DNA of 63,099 nucleotides, filler included, from Folioceros fuciformis (taxonomy: Eukaryota): the NCBI GenBank assembly GCA_049999805.1. It is 6 parts of 6 records of this genome, joined end to end, with 100 filler letters (N's around TTAATTAATTAA, not from the genome) between each part and the next. Parts side by side here need not be neighbours in the genome. Positions count along the whole stretch, not along the records: positions 1 to 24,450 come from JBNGIO010006479.1; 5 more parts are not named here. One strand, given 5' to 3'. Positions within the stretch are counted from its first letter, which is position 1. Each line of letters opens with the position of its first letter. The notes under the pieces are model-generated. The model saw only the letters and a list, made by a program, of their open reading frames with translations, was not told the DNA's origin and ran no database searches. Shown here one piece after another: positions 1 through 11,382 of the stretch. The translations under genes and the position numbers were made by a program.

Positions 1-2437
1 GTAGAATACGTCCAACCAAGGGGGCCAGCCTGCACTTAGAATGTGTGGGAACCCATACACTACGTAACTTCCGGTTATGCTTGATGATTGATCGAACGGT
101 AACGGACAGCTCAACTGCCAAAAACGGGTCTTCTGCGACGAACGCACAACCAGAAAGGCTATCAGGTGTACAATTGGGTACATGGAGGGGTGAGAGAAAG
201 ACACCAATCCAATCTAACACATTTCATCTGCTTCTGTCTTTCTACTTCCGGTGTTTTCAGGAAGAAAAGATTGTTTTTCAAGAACCAGCACTGTTCATGA
301 CTCCCAAATTCGAGCCAGCTTGTAGACCTGCCACACACCCACCATTATGCGCACCATCACCATCCCGCCCACTTGCTGCCAACCACCACAAAACATCAAG
401 ACAGTACCTGGGCGCTCCTAGCAGGGAGGAAGAGTCCGAGGGAGGCACCACCGTCCGCCACCTGCGTTCACACACCCGCGGTTGTCCACATCACTCTAGT
501 AGTACTATGGGACAAGGAAAGTCGTGACAAAGGAGGAAAAAAACAAAAAAAAGATTCTGCTCACCTGTTTGAAGTGCTTCTCAGGCTCTCTCCTTTCAGA
601 CGTCCCCGACCCCCGAACTCCAGGATATCGGTGTCCAGCACCCTCTGCACCACCCACTCTTTAGACAGCGAGGTTCATGTGCTTGCGAGTACTTTGTGAC
701 AGCAGCCGCCGATTTCCACCTACCTCGTACTCGCCGGTTTCTTGCACCCCAATCGCGAGCTTGTTGTAGGAAGCGCTTGGATGGAAGTTGAAGACAAAGA
801 GCAATGGCCCTCGTGAAAATATGATCACCTACAGTCATCCCTTCATTTTTTGTTTGTGACATACTAGGTGTGACTTCGTTTTAACGGAGAAAGCAAAAAA
901 CACAGACATCACCTGCGTGGGATCATCCAGGACGTGAAAACTAGGTGGTTTGTTAACGAGTATGCTCTCCTTTTCATCTGCTCCCATGAGGGCCTGCTCA
1001 CGTTGGGGTCACAGTTCAAACAAATCCGGTTATTCATGTACACACAACATGAAGCACTCCTCTCTTTGTAAAACTTTTCCAAGCCTTGACTGGTTCGACA
1101 AGGCCTACCTGGTCAAATTTCGCAAGCTGGGCATGAAAGGAACCGCCATCCAGTAAGAGATCCCACCGTCTTCGGGCGTGCTGATATGAAAACTCAGTCT
1201 TTAACCTTGGAAAGTGGACCAACTGAAACAAAAGTCAGCACATCTGTCAAGGGATAGAAATACTGCAGCCTTTTGGCTGTGGCATTGAGCTTTGAAGAGA
1301 TCGTACCTCGGGATGTCCAAATTCATTCCCGATGAAGTTCAAGTATGCAGGTCCACCAAGGCTAAACGTTATCAACTTGATCATCTGCAAACGGAATTTC
1401 AGATTATACCATTGCTCAGCTCATTGGCCAATCCAGGAGATAAATCGCGGCAGCTAATGATAGAATCAGTGACGTCAGCTGACAGACTCGCAACCTTATG
1501 CAGCGCCACGCCTCTCTCTTCCGATAGAGACCTATCGAAGGTTGTTGTTACCGGATTGAGAAGCGCTTCAGCTATGGGTCTCTTCTCAGATATTGACTTC
1601 AAACCGGGGCCAGCAACGCCAAGAATGAGTTCCAAAGCCAGAAACAAATCAGTTGCGATCTGATCTTCCGGTGTTAAGTCGGCAAAATTACCTAGGCATG
1701 ATTTTCTGCATACACAAGAGCTCTGCCTCCGGACTGGGAATCGATTAAAGTCTCTACAATCTGAAATCGCCGTACCACATGCCGTTCGTTAGTTCACAAA
1801 ACGCGAACCACACTCACGAAGAATTCCAGTACAGGACTCTCACGTCTCACCTGACTCATACTCCATTCACTGTCTGGAACATTTTCAATGAGATACGACC
1901 ACATCTTAGAGGGTGAGACGCTGACAAAGTAGTCAAAGCCCAACCCGCCTTTACTGATGGGTTCAGTCAATCCTGGATACTGTGAGGCCTGTGGGAAGTA
2001 GCAATCGACTCAGTCAAGAGTGCTGGTGCTGTGCACACAAGCAATCCAGAATTTGTGAATTAACAGAAGAGAGGCAGGATTGTGCATACATCCCCTGCAA
2101 TTGTGACAATGTTCGAGTTGAGCTTGTGCAGCATCTCATTAGCCAGAATCACATACAGCAATGCATCTCTGTCCACGTATTGATTGCAGTAGCTGCACAA
2201 CCAGAGAAATGTGAGAAAGAGCGAGGAAGCAGTCTATGTAATTCGACCAAAATGGAGCTCCTGCGAGCAATTTCCTGAATGACAGCAGCCTTACTCATTC
2301 AAGCCATTTGTGAACTCTGCAAATCCATTGTGGGTGTAAAACATGGACTGCAGCGAATGGAAGTGGAAACCATCTATTTGATACTCTTCCACCCACCTGC
2401 CATGAGAAAGAAAAGTGTGACTTCCAAGCTACCTTGC

Positions 2438-3181
2438 TCTAGATGCGAACTGCCTGAGAGAGCAAATTCAAACACAGCATTCAGAAAGATCAGTCACACT
2501 AGAGATCATCGAGGCGGACTAAATCCACTAACCACTTCAACTTTGATAAGAGGTAGCGAAGCACTTCGTATTCATATTCAACTGCCTGAGAGAGCAAATT
2601 CAAACACAGCAATCAGAAAGATCAGTCACACTAGAGATCATCGAGGCGGACTAAATCCACTCACCACTTCAACTTTGATAAGAGGTAGCGAAGCACTTCG
2701 TATTCACCATAGTTGAATATGCGGTTGCCTGTATGTTTGGGACGCCCTCGCCGTCCTGCAATGCAAGGGTAAACTCAGCTGCTACAGTGAACGGGATGGT
2801 GAACGGACGAAAAAACAATCTCAGCATTCTGCACCAATCCTTGCAAGGCAGTGCACACTAACCATCATGGAAGTAACAATCATTAGCACAATCGAATGAA
2901 GGAAGGCCAACCATCTCGTCTGCAGCCGTCGCATGTGAGTGGACTATGTCCATGATGACGAACAGGCCCATTCCTGTTTCATCATGAACTCAAAACATGA
3001 GAAATGAAACGCTGAATTGATGTAAACTGGGCTTCAGTAGCAGGCTTGCAAGGAATGCCTAACGAACCATAGGCACTGTCAACCAGATGTTTGAAATCTT
3101 CTAGGGTTCCAAAGCGACTACTTACAGCGAACATATTCGTAACCTGCTCAGTTGGCAAAATTCTGGACATCAAATGGGTGC
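2438..3181. repeat. Direct repeat copy A (~600 bp core, three SBE3 exons); partner at 4887-5490
   Basis: Near-identical from ctagatgcga..ctgcctgagagagcaaattc to aaaattctggacat..aaatggg in both places. This copy keeps FGTLEDFKHLVD in frame. Confidence 0.9.
2448..2706. repeat. Tandem duplication, 132-bp period
   Basis: aactgcctgagagagcaaattc...gcacttcgtattca occurs at 2448 and again at 2580. Confidence 0.9.
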
Positions 3182-3246
3182 GGGGTGAGAGGTAGTGGGA
3201 GAATCGGAAAGCCTTTGCCGGTTGAGGTATACGGGCGTCTCTATCT

Positions 3247-4085
3247 ATGGCGGCTTTGCTGGTGCCGATTAGCGGCTCTGCTTCTGGATCACTCATGCGC
3301 TTGAGTATGCCAAGAAGAGATTATGCTCGGGATAGGCATGTCAAGGCTTTCAGTGTTAGAGCTTCCTATATGGACCCTTTGTTGACCCAGTTGAGAAGAG
3401 AGAAGGACCCCGAGAGGCAACAGATGCTCATTGATTCAATCAAGATGCTGCATGAAGAAACCATCCAGGTCTCGAGGGCTAGGGAGCAAGCCGTGCAGCA
3501 GGCCATAGAAGCTTCGAGGGCTAGGGAGCAAGCCGTGCAGCAGGCCATAGAAGCTTCGAGGGCTAGGGGGCAAGCCGTGCAGCAGGCCATAGAAGCTTCG
3601 AGGGCTAAGGAGCTGGCTGTTTCTTTCTGTGAACGAAGAATTCGGGATCTCGAATTCGATCTCTTAACGGCAAAAGGCACCAACAACTGGAAAGGCATTT
3701 TCGAGCTCTTTGAAGAACGCTTGAAGGAGAAGTATGGAGACCACGAATCTCTACAGGAACCAGAACTGGAGACACCAAGGATAGAAGAACCAGAGCTGAT
3801 TGGTGGCGATATGTTCTATCCTCAGATGTGAAGTTGTTTCAGTGTATCAAGATCTCTGGAGGTTGGCAATCCATTGATGATCAAGTTAGAGCCATGGTGG
3901 ATATGCACAAAATTCTTTCTGCCCATGGTCACGACGATAAATTTCGTGCCCTTTCGCAACTTGAAAGGCAGAATGGAGCATGGAAGATATCCAGGTTTCC
4001 ACTAACATTTGCTCAAGCTTCGCGAATAGTTTGCATAGCTGACTCTCTAGGCTATCACTTAGTGATAGATTCGGATGACTCATAA
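3247..4085 (+). pseudogene. Intronless unknown coiled-coil protein gene nested antisense in SBE3, one probable frameshift (~3750-3765)
   Basis: ORF 3247-3831 has a transit-peptide-like start (..KAFSVRAS), a coiled-coil repeat, then LLTAKGTNNWKGIFELFEE. An alternative frame reads RTRADWWRYVLSSDVKLFQCIK..MHKILSAHGH..ADSLGY to the stop at 4085. Confidence 0.5.
3472..3608 (+). repeat. 42-bp coding tandem repeat (SRAREQAVQQAIEA x ~3.2)
   Basis: tcgagggctagggagcaagccgtgcagcaggccatagaagct repeated three times plus a partial copy. Confidence 0.95.
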
Positions 4086-4286
4086 ATTTCAATGCAACCT
4101 TTTTTACTATTAGGATGTGAACTGTGAACTATGGACAAAGAATGTTCACAACTCGTGAACTATGGACAAAGAGAATGTATGCTGTATTTGTTCTGCTTTA
4201 TTTGTTTCCAAGTTCGGCAAGCGGTGCATACGCGTTTTGGCCATGGTAGCCTTCTCATCAACGTTGAGCGAATGCGCTGCAACCAC

Positions 4287-4611
4287 GTGAGCATATCAAC
4301 CACACCCTGTACTGTGTGACTGATGGTTTCTTCTAATGTTGATGGCATTGGTGTGTGAGACTGATGGTTTCTTCTAATGTTGATGGCATTGGTGTGTGAC
4401 TGATGGTTTCTTCTAATGTTGATGGCATTGGTGTGTGCTGGAAGGAAAATGCTTTTGATGCCTGTAGCAGCAGATGTAATGACCTGTATATCCGGCAGGT
4501 TGAACCTGCTGAGACAAAGGATGTGAATGTGTTCTGCAGGATGGACGATGATGCTAAGTTGATCTTAACCAATCTATTCAGATGTTGGGAGTAATACATT
4601 TAGTGCCTGTA
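4287..4611 (+). repeat. Inverted copy of an SBE3 intron plus start of next exon (original 5894-6138), with internal ~40-bp triplication
   Basis: gtgagcatatcaaccacaccctgtac...aatctattcagatgttgggagtaatacatttag matches the reverse complement of 6138-5894. ctgatggtttcttctaatgttgatggcattggtgtgtg occurs three times at 4320-4438. Confidence 0.9.
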
Positions 4612-4642
4612 ATACATTTGTACACATCAAGCCGATAGATCT

Positions 4643-4883
4643 CCTTGTAGCGAATCCGTGGCTCTACTTCTTGGAACTTAGTTTTAAGAACCCATTTGCA
4701 CTTGACAGTGGTCCTACCTTAGGCAGACTAACCAAAGTCCAAGTGTTGTTTTTAAGTAATGAGTTGTACTCATCGTCAATAGCTAGCTTCCATTTGGCTC
4801 CCTCGGGTATCGAGTATGGGTTAAAGGATCCCCCTATGCAGCAAAAGCACTTAAGGCATAGAGAGCATCCAAAGAATTAACAT
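4643..4883 (-). mobile_element. Copia RT fragment, near-identical to 36273-36523
   Basis: cttgtagcgaat.cgtggctctacttc...cacttaaggcatagagagcatccaaagaattaacat is shared with the Copia element at 35481-40257. Confidence 0.85.
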
Positions 4884-4886
4884 TAA

Positions 4887-5490
4887 CTAGATGCGACCTG
4901 CCTGAGAGAGCAAATTCAAACACAGCATTCAGAAAGATCTGTCACACTAGCGATCATCGAGGCGGACTAAATCCACTAACCACTTCAAGTTTGATAAGAG
5001 GTAGCGAAGCACTTCGTATTCACCATAGTTAAATATGCGGGTGCCTGTATGTTTGTGACGCCCTCGCCGTCCTGCAATGCAAGGGTGAACTCAGCTGCTA
5101 CAGTGAACGGGATGGTGAACGGACGAAAAAACAATCTCAGCATTCTGCACCAATCCTTGCAAGACAGTGCACACTAACCATCATGGAAGTAACAATCATT
5201 AGCACCATCGAATGAAGAAAGGCCAACCATCTCGTCTGCAGCCGCATATGAGTGGCCTATGTCCATGATGACAAACAGGCCCATTCCTGTTTCATCATGA
5301 ACTCAAAACATGAGAAACGAAACGCTGACTTGATGTAAATTGGGCTTCAGTAGCAGGGTTGCAAGGAATGCCTAACGAACCATGGGCACAGTCAACCAGA
5401 TGTTTGAAATCTTCTGGGTTCCAAAGCGACTACTTACAGCGAACATATTCGTAACCTGCCCAGTTGGCAAAATTCTGGACATTAAATGGG
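4887..5490. repeat. Direct repeat copy B (SBE3 exons, carries a 1-nt frameshift)
   Basis: Matches 2438-3181 but reads FGTQKISNIW (frameshift near 5415) instead of FGTxEDFKHL. Confidence 0.9.
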
Positions 5491-8400
5491 CGCAGAATAA
5501 TCTCAACGAAGCTTCAAACATGAGGCACATGAAGAGCACAACAGGGTTGTACCTTATAGCCAGCACTTGCATAGTCTACATGCTCCTGAATACCCATTAG
5601 ATGGACAGCGTTGTACCTAGACTTCTTGACATGAGGAAGAACCTATTTGTCATAAAACATGGTTTCTCAGACTGCAAGCTACATACTACAGATATTCTGA
5701 GCAGGGCGCAAAACAAAGGCAACGAACCACCAGACTCAATCCATACTTGCCTTCGCAGTAAACTGTTGGAACGTTGTTACACCAAGTTCTTCTCCACTTA
5801 TTCCGACATGACATTCATAAATCCGTAATGGCTGTGGTCTCTTGGGACTCTTGTGCTGCCATTGGTGCCGCTCTTGTTGAGGTGGATCCCACATACAGGC
5901 GCTAAATGTATTACTCCCAACATCTGAATAGATTGGTTAAGATCAACTTAGCGTCATCGTCCATCCTGCAGAAGACATTCACATCCTTTGTCTCAGCAGG
6001 TTCAACCTGCCGGATACACAGGTCATTACATCTGCTGCTACAGGCATTAGAAGAATTTTCCTTACAGCACACACCAATGCCATCAACATTAGAAGAAACC
6101 ATCAGTCACAGAGTACAGGGTGTGGTTGATATGCTCACCTTGTAAGACATAAGTGGCCCAAGCAGGGATTCGCTCCAGAGGCCCTTCAGGCGTTTGAAGA
6201 AACAGCCGTAGTTTACTCTTATGAGCGACAGTAGGTATATACTTCTTCTCCCATGCTTTACGGCCACTTCGTAGGTATTTCCAATAATTTGGAGGAGGAG
6301 TTTTTCGCTCCGCTCGGGCCCGGTAAACAGGGTCATCTACACAGGTCGGTTCAACATTTCTTCCATCATCTACTACATCAATCGGAGGCAACTGTCCCTC
6401 AATGACAGGCTGGCTTGCTCTCCATGCTTCATATCTTGCTCGAGCACTGGGGATGTAGTCAGGAAAGTCGTCAGAACCATCCTCCTCCTCTGTGTCTGTG
6501 GACTCTTCCCGATATATGGGATTGGGATTGTCTCCAAAAATCTTCCTATGTAGTTCCAGCCACTTAACCATGGGATCACCCATATACTCATCTTCACCAG
6601 GCTCCCAATATTGCTTGTCAGCCTCATCAAAAATTGCATCCCAGTCAGGGTTCTCATCACCTAAGTCATAATCCTTATCGTAACTGTACTCGTTTACTGT
6701 AAGATCTGGCTTTTCTCCTTCACGATGCTTGTCTTCAATTACAAGTCTCCAACAGCCATTATCATCATGTCCAAGATATCCCTCCCCTGAATACTCTTTA
6801 CTGGGTTCCCAGTTGTAGAAATCCCCAACAACAGAACAATAACGAGAAGCTGCAACCATGATGGCTGAGTCAGGCAGGGTACTGACAAAGCATGCGTCAG
6901 AAGCACAAGACATGGAATGGTTTGAATAGCCACTGTTTGGCAATGGAGACTTCAAGGCACCTGCAGGACTGACTCTACACCAAGATACAGGATGCAGCTC
7001 CTACAAAATGCATGCATGCACTTGTTCACCAGAAAGTGAAAACGAAGAGGACAAATTTTACCTGGAGCCCATTCAATAAGCTCAACAGCATGAAAGGGAG
7101 TTCGATGGAGACCCATATCCTCATATCTGCGATGCATACTAGCGGGTCAATCCCCCCTTCCCAACCCTCACCACTGTGGACCATCAAAGGAGGTACACAA
7201 AGCGTCACGTACGCTGATGCGAAGATAAGAAGATTGTCATCCTGCTCAGCTATCAGCATTCTCAAGTCCTTCAAAGCTTTGTACCTGAACAACAATTGCA
7301 GCAGCTCAGGAGAAAATTTTCCCCTTTTCCTGTGCTATGTCTGCTTCAAATTCCAAGTCCTCAACCAACCACAGTTTTCACCTCCAGCTACTTTCATTTC
7401 ATGTTTACTAAAACAATACGCCATACAGAGCTTGAGAGAGTAGTACCTTTCACGCAAATACTGCGGGAAGGCTCTCGAGGTGAGATTCTTCTCCTTAAAA
7501 AACCCAGCTGGATCCGGGCCCAAGTCACTGGGAGCCGGGTCTCTTTGCTCAGATGCAATCCCTGTCTTCTTCCCCACTGCAAAGCCTTGACACTGTGACG
7601 TCCCTTGGTGGGGAAGCAGTGAGCTTCAACATGGTGTCTCGGGGAGACCGCATGTCCAGCAGTTGGCCTGGCTGGAGGCATCCCGTCCATTTTTCCATGT
7701 GACCAGAAACTTCCACAGTCAGAAGACTGCCTGGGAAACCACTCGAGCCGAGCGATGGGAAGAGCCCAAGGAGCAGCCATCGGAAAACTACACTACACAA
7801 CTCCGTCTATTTTACACGAGAACCAAATTTCTGGCTGTAACAATTGACGCGCTGGAGGGAGTGGAAAGAGAGAATGTTACATCCACCAGGTTGGCGGGAG
7901 TGACATATGTGGCGGGACCGAACGGAGTTGAAAGGAATGGGATAGAAAGAAAGGATCTCGTCCCTGACGAGAGTTGAACGTGATCCTGTAATTTAAAAAG
8001 GTCGCACGCAGATTCCTGTTCACACTGTATACTACAGGCCGGATGAAGGACGGCATATTCAACCTGTACTCGCCAGGTGCAATCTGGGTCGGCACGGGGC
8101 ACTCTGGCCACCAAGAATGTTTGCCTTGCGCGATCTAAGCCATTCTTGAACCCTTACTGCTCGCTCTGCTTGGTTGGGTGGCGGGTTTCTGCCACTGTTC
8201 TCATCGTCTCTGACAGGGGGTGGGAAAGTTCGATCGCTGAGCCGCATCTAGCGCCTCCTCCCATTCTCTCGCTCTGAGGCACCGTCTAGGGCTTTCAAAC
8301 CCTGGACCCAAAGAACCATATTCTGAAACGTAGCTCCACATGGACCACATCAAGCCAGCTTGCTGGCAGGTGCCGTCGCTGCTTCTTGGATAATTTCACG

Positions 8401-9046
8401 CTCGGGTGAAATTATGCTGTGAATTGCACGCTGTGCGCATTTGTATGTGGAAATTCAGCAGACGTTCGTTTCGTTGTAAGGTGCTGGCGAGTTCTTTCTA
8501 CAGTGTCTCAGGATCACCTAAATTTTGCACCTTCAGTGTTGGTAGCAGCTGGGAATCAAGCAAGCGGGCCAGGACGTCAAAAGGTTGATGGTTCTGATTC
8601 AGAAGCGCAGGTGTGAGGAGTCTGATGGGGTGTTTACAATGGAGTTCCGATTGCTCGAGCTATCACATTTTGTCAGAGAAATCTGGCAGTGTCACGTCCG
8701 AAGTGGACAGACCTAGTGGGGCAGATCATTGTCTGTCTTTCTAAAGAGAAGACGAGCAAAGCGAAGAATCCTCACTTTTGGAATGGAAGGTGTACTGCCC
8801 TTGCTCTCGCTCTCTGGCTCTAAATGGCTACGGTACACGGGTTACTTGTGAGTTCGTTCATGGTAGCCTCAGTTTGCTCCCTAGACATCAGCTTTTTGTT
8901 TGGCCCGTCCTTGTCGATCGTCATCTCGATTGTCCCTGTGGTTCACAGCATTCATCACTGAATGATGGGTTTTTTGCGGTCATGGTCGTATTATCTATGT
9001 TTTTGGCAGCTACAGTGAATCGTCGTTCTGTTTCCTTTACTTGCAG

Positions 9047-9584
9047 GGCAGCTCGAGGCGCAGAAGGAAACCAAGGCATTGCCCTCGGTGGCATTATGTT
9101 CAGAAACAGAGGTATGCAGGTTGTTTCTTAGGTGTTGCGTCATTGCAGCTGCAGCAGTGTGCTTATTTCTCACAGGTGGTAGTTCTTTTAGGGTAACGTG
9201 CATGCAATGCTGGCAGCACGAGCTACGTCTGCCCGAAGGACGGAGGAGATGGAGCTCGGGTGTTTGTTTGGGAATATTCCCGGCTGCTATTTTGGTTGAG
9301 TGCAGGAACGAAAGGATCAATCTAATTGGTTGAAACTCGTAAAGGAGGACGATGCCCTTTCAGACTTCTTCTCCATCTTATTTAAGGGAAAGTCGAAAAC
9401 AATAGAGTACGAATATGACCAGCCTACAGGGAAGGCGCCCAACACGCTGTTCAGCAAAGCGGAGTTGACTGTGGAAGAAGGAGCGGAGGATTGCAAGTGG
9501 ATCCACACGGGCGAAAGTAGAGCATGTCTCTGGTGTGTTTCCCTTTCAAGGAGGAAGATGTGTCTGTGGTCGTGCGGAACATAG
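9047..9584 (+). CDS. Putative spliced upstream ORF overlapping the MGS start out of frame (5' end undefined)
   Basis: Exon 9047-9111 (cttgcag|...GAG|gtatgc) and an exon from 9306 (gtgcag|GAA) join in frame: QLEAQKETKALPSVALCSETE|ERKDQSNWLKLVKEDDALSDFFSILFKGK...; stop at 9584. A possible further exon lies at ~8459-8610. Confidence 0.35.
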
Positions 9585-10813
9585 AAATTGCCGCATCTCA
9601 CTCAAGCGTTGCTGGAGTGTTGTGCGTGGGGTTCGGACTAGGAGAGACATGGAACGCCGTTGCCTCCAACAAGCCAGCAATTGAGAGCTCCTCCGGCAAG
9701 CGGATCCGCCTCATCCAGCAGAAGCGCCTGGGCAGTTCCCTCAGGGGAGGTAAAGGGGATGGCATGAACACGGCCCTTGCTTTTTTCTTGGAGCATGCTG
9801 AATATTCTCGCCTCCACTTCTACGATGCCGACATTGTTTCCTTCTCTGCGGACTGGATCACTAAGGCTGAGAAGCAGGCAGACATTGGTTACGACGTGGT
9901 ACGCCACTATTTCCCTAGGTCCAGCACGGATGCCATGATAACATGGTTTGTCACAAAAGTTGGTTTTGCTCTTCTGTGGCCGAATTCTGTTCTTCCCAGC
10001 CTGGAGCAGCCCCTTGGAGGTGAGTTGCTGCTGTCGAGGAAAGCTGCCGAAGTCCTGTATAACGACTTACGGGTGCGCTCCCAGAGTGACTGGGGAATCG
10101 ACACACTCTACACTTTTGCTATTGCGCAGGCGGGGTTAAGCATGTTTGAGGTCTACATACCTGAAGGGAAGGTGCACTCCCTTTACGGTGACCTTACAGA
10201 TTTAAGGACTATGCTTGCCGAATGCTTTTCGGCCATACAGTCCCTCAGCGGAGAGACCCTGGAGGGTAGTGCGGGTGTACACCGCATGGAGTATCCTAAG
10301 CCTGTTCCGGAGCTGGTGAAGCAGAAGATTGGGTATGACGTTGAAAAGACTCTTCAACTCCTCAAGAGCAACTGGACTACCCGTCAGGCTGAATTGCTGG
10401 AGCAGCATTTTGATTTAGCGTTGGTTAAGGGTTTGTTGCACGCTAGGGAGTGGCCCTCCTGGACTTTCGCTGATGAGGACGCCTGGGTCGCCGCCTACTC
10501 TGTCTTCCTGGACAATTTTGAGAAGGGCGATTATGACTGGGAGGAGTTGCTCTTCAAGGTGTGGGTGGCCCGTGTTCTCAATCACACTCTGCGCCATGTG
10601 CTGCGAGGATATGACACTGCCCTTGGAACTTTGAGGGAGTTTGTGGCTGATGTTCAGCACCAGGCAGCTTTGCGAACACGGGCTGCCAGTGTAGCTACTA
10701 GTCATCCTATCATGTCTGGTCACACGGCTGCTGAAGGGCTTGCTAATGGGAGGCTGCCCAGAAGGAAGCAACCATGGAATAATCCAGAATCCTTGTGTTC
10801 AGTGCCGGTTTAG
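9524..10813 (+). CDS. mgs: Mannosylglycerate synthase (GT78), 429 aa, intronless CDS
   Basis: Motifs match Rhodothermus marinus-type MGS: MSLVxFPFK, GKGDGMNTAL, HFYDADI (DxD), VRHYFPR.STDAMITW, EQPLGGELL, SDWGIDTLYTF, IPEGK.H.LYG, GYDVE, WEELLFK.W. In-frame TAG at 9518-9520 fixes the start codon. Confidence 0.95.
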   Translation: MSLVCFPFKEEDVSVVVRNIEIAASHSSVAGVLCVGFGLGETWNAVASNKPAIESSSGKRIRLIQQKRLGSSLRGGKGDGMNTALAFFLEHAEYSRLHFYDADIVSFSADWITKAEKQADIGYDVVRHYFPRSSTDAMITWFVTKVGFALLWPNSVLPSLEQPLGGELLLSRKAAEVLYNDLRVRSQSDWGIDTLYTFAIAQAGLSMFEVYIPEGKVHSLYGDLTDLRTMLAECFSAIQSLSGETLEGSAGVHRMEYPKPVPELVKQKIGYDVEKTLQLLKSNWTTRQAELLEQHFDLALVKGLLHAREWPSWTFADEDAWVAAYSVFLDNFEKGDYDWEELLFKVWVARVLNHTLRHVLRGYDTALGTLREFVADVQHQAALRTRAASVATSHPIMSGHTAAEGLANGRLPRRKQPWNNPESLCSVPV

Positions 10814-11382
10814 TCGGTTATGCGGCGAGGTTGTTATTTGATGTCAGAGCCGATTCGTAGCTGATTTGATTTATGGTGCCGCACCGACCCAGCTGCTTAA
10901 GTTTTAGCTCCACATGTTTTTGCAGAGGTCAGAGAGCTTCAATGAAAGGGAGACTTCATCCGTCATCGATCACACCGAACATTTTGGTACTGGTGGAACT
11001 CCCAGACATAGGATGCCCCGTGCAGGACACAGTATTTTCAAAATTTGTACCCCATTCGATTGGGAAGTTCAGTGATTTAAGCGAGAGCATGATTTCTATC
11101 AGTCTTTTTATCATCTGCAGCTTCATTCCATTCCAACTTCCTTAAGCGCATTGCGGTAGGAAACAGCGGTTGGTTAGACCCGACAAGTTTTCCAGGGAGC
11201 TGACCTCCCATTTAAACTTAAACCAGCGTCTTTATTCTTCTCCAAGTTCTATATTCTCCATTCAGAGGCTTCTCCAGTTGACAAGGCGCATACTCGTACA
11301 CCGGGAGTGTCCCTACGTATGGCCATCGACTACCGGGCCCCCTCGGCAGGTTAGGCCCCGGGTTCCTCGTTCCGGGTTCTAA

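Larger units (their letters stand above)
295..7780 (-). pseudogene. SBE3: Starch branching enzyme 3 (SBE3 / Arabidopsis BE1-EMB2729 type, GH13 + CBM48), multi-exon, disrupted
   Basis: Manually spliced exons follow the SBE3 sequence: DPAGFF..QYLRER (exon end 7447), YKALKDL (7284-7213), ELIEWAPG (7126-7062), RYCSVVGDFYNW..YWEPGED..PLERIPAWATYV (6849-6139), LRIYECHVGISG (5923-5751, GC donor), [116 protein letters not shown] (stop 297-295). Lesions: frameshift between transit peptide and mature region (~7570-7625), TAG at 1694-1692, probable phase mismatch in the penultimate exon, duplicated internal exons. Confidence 0.9.

Noticed and set aside
2279-2716. 145-aa + strand ORF with an internal 44-aa repeat
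   Set aside because: Antisense by-product of SBE3 exons/introns and the 132-bp duplication.
4315-4440. Three ~40-bp repeats that might suggest a CRISPR array
   Set aside because: Head-to-tail with no unique spacers, in a eukaryotic intron-derived context, with no cas genes.
295-10813. SBE3 and MGS as a carbohydrate gene cluster
   Set aside because: SBE3 is disabled, the pathways and compartments differ, and no synteny evidence is available.
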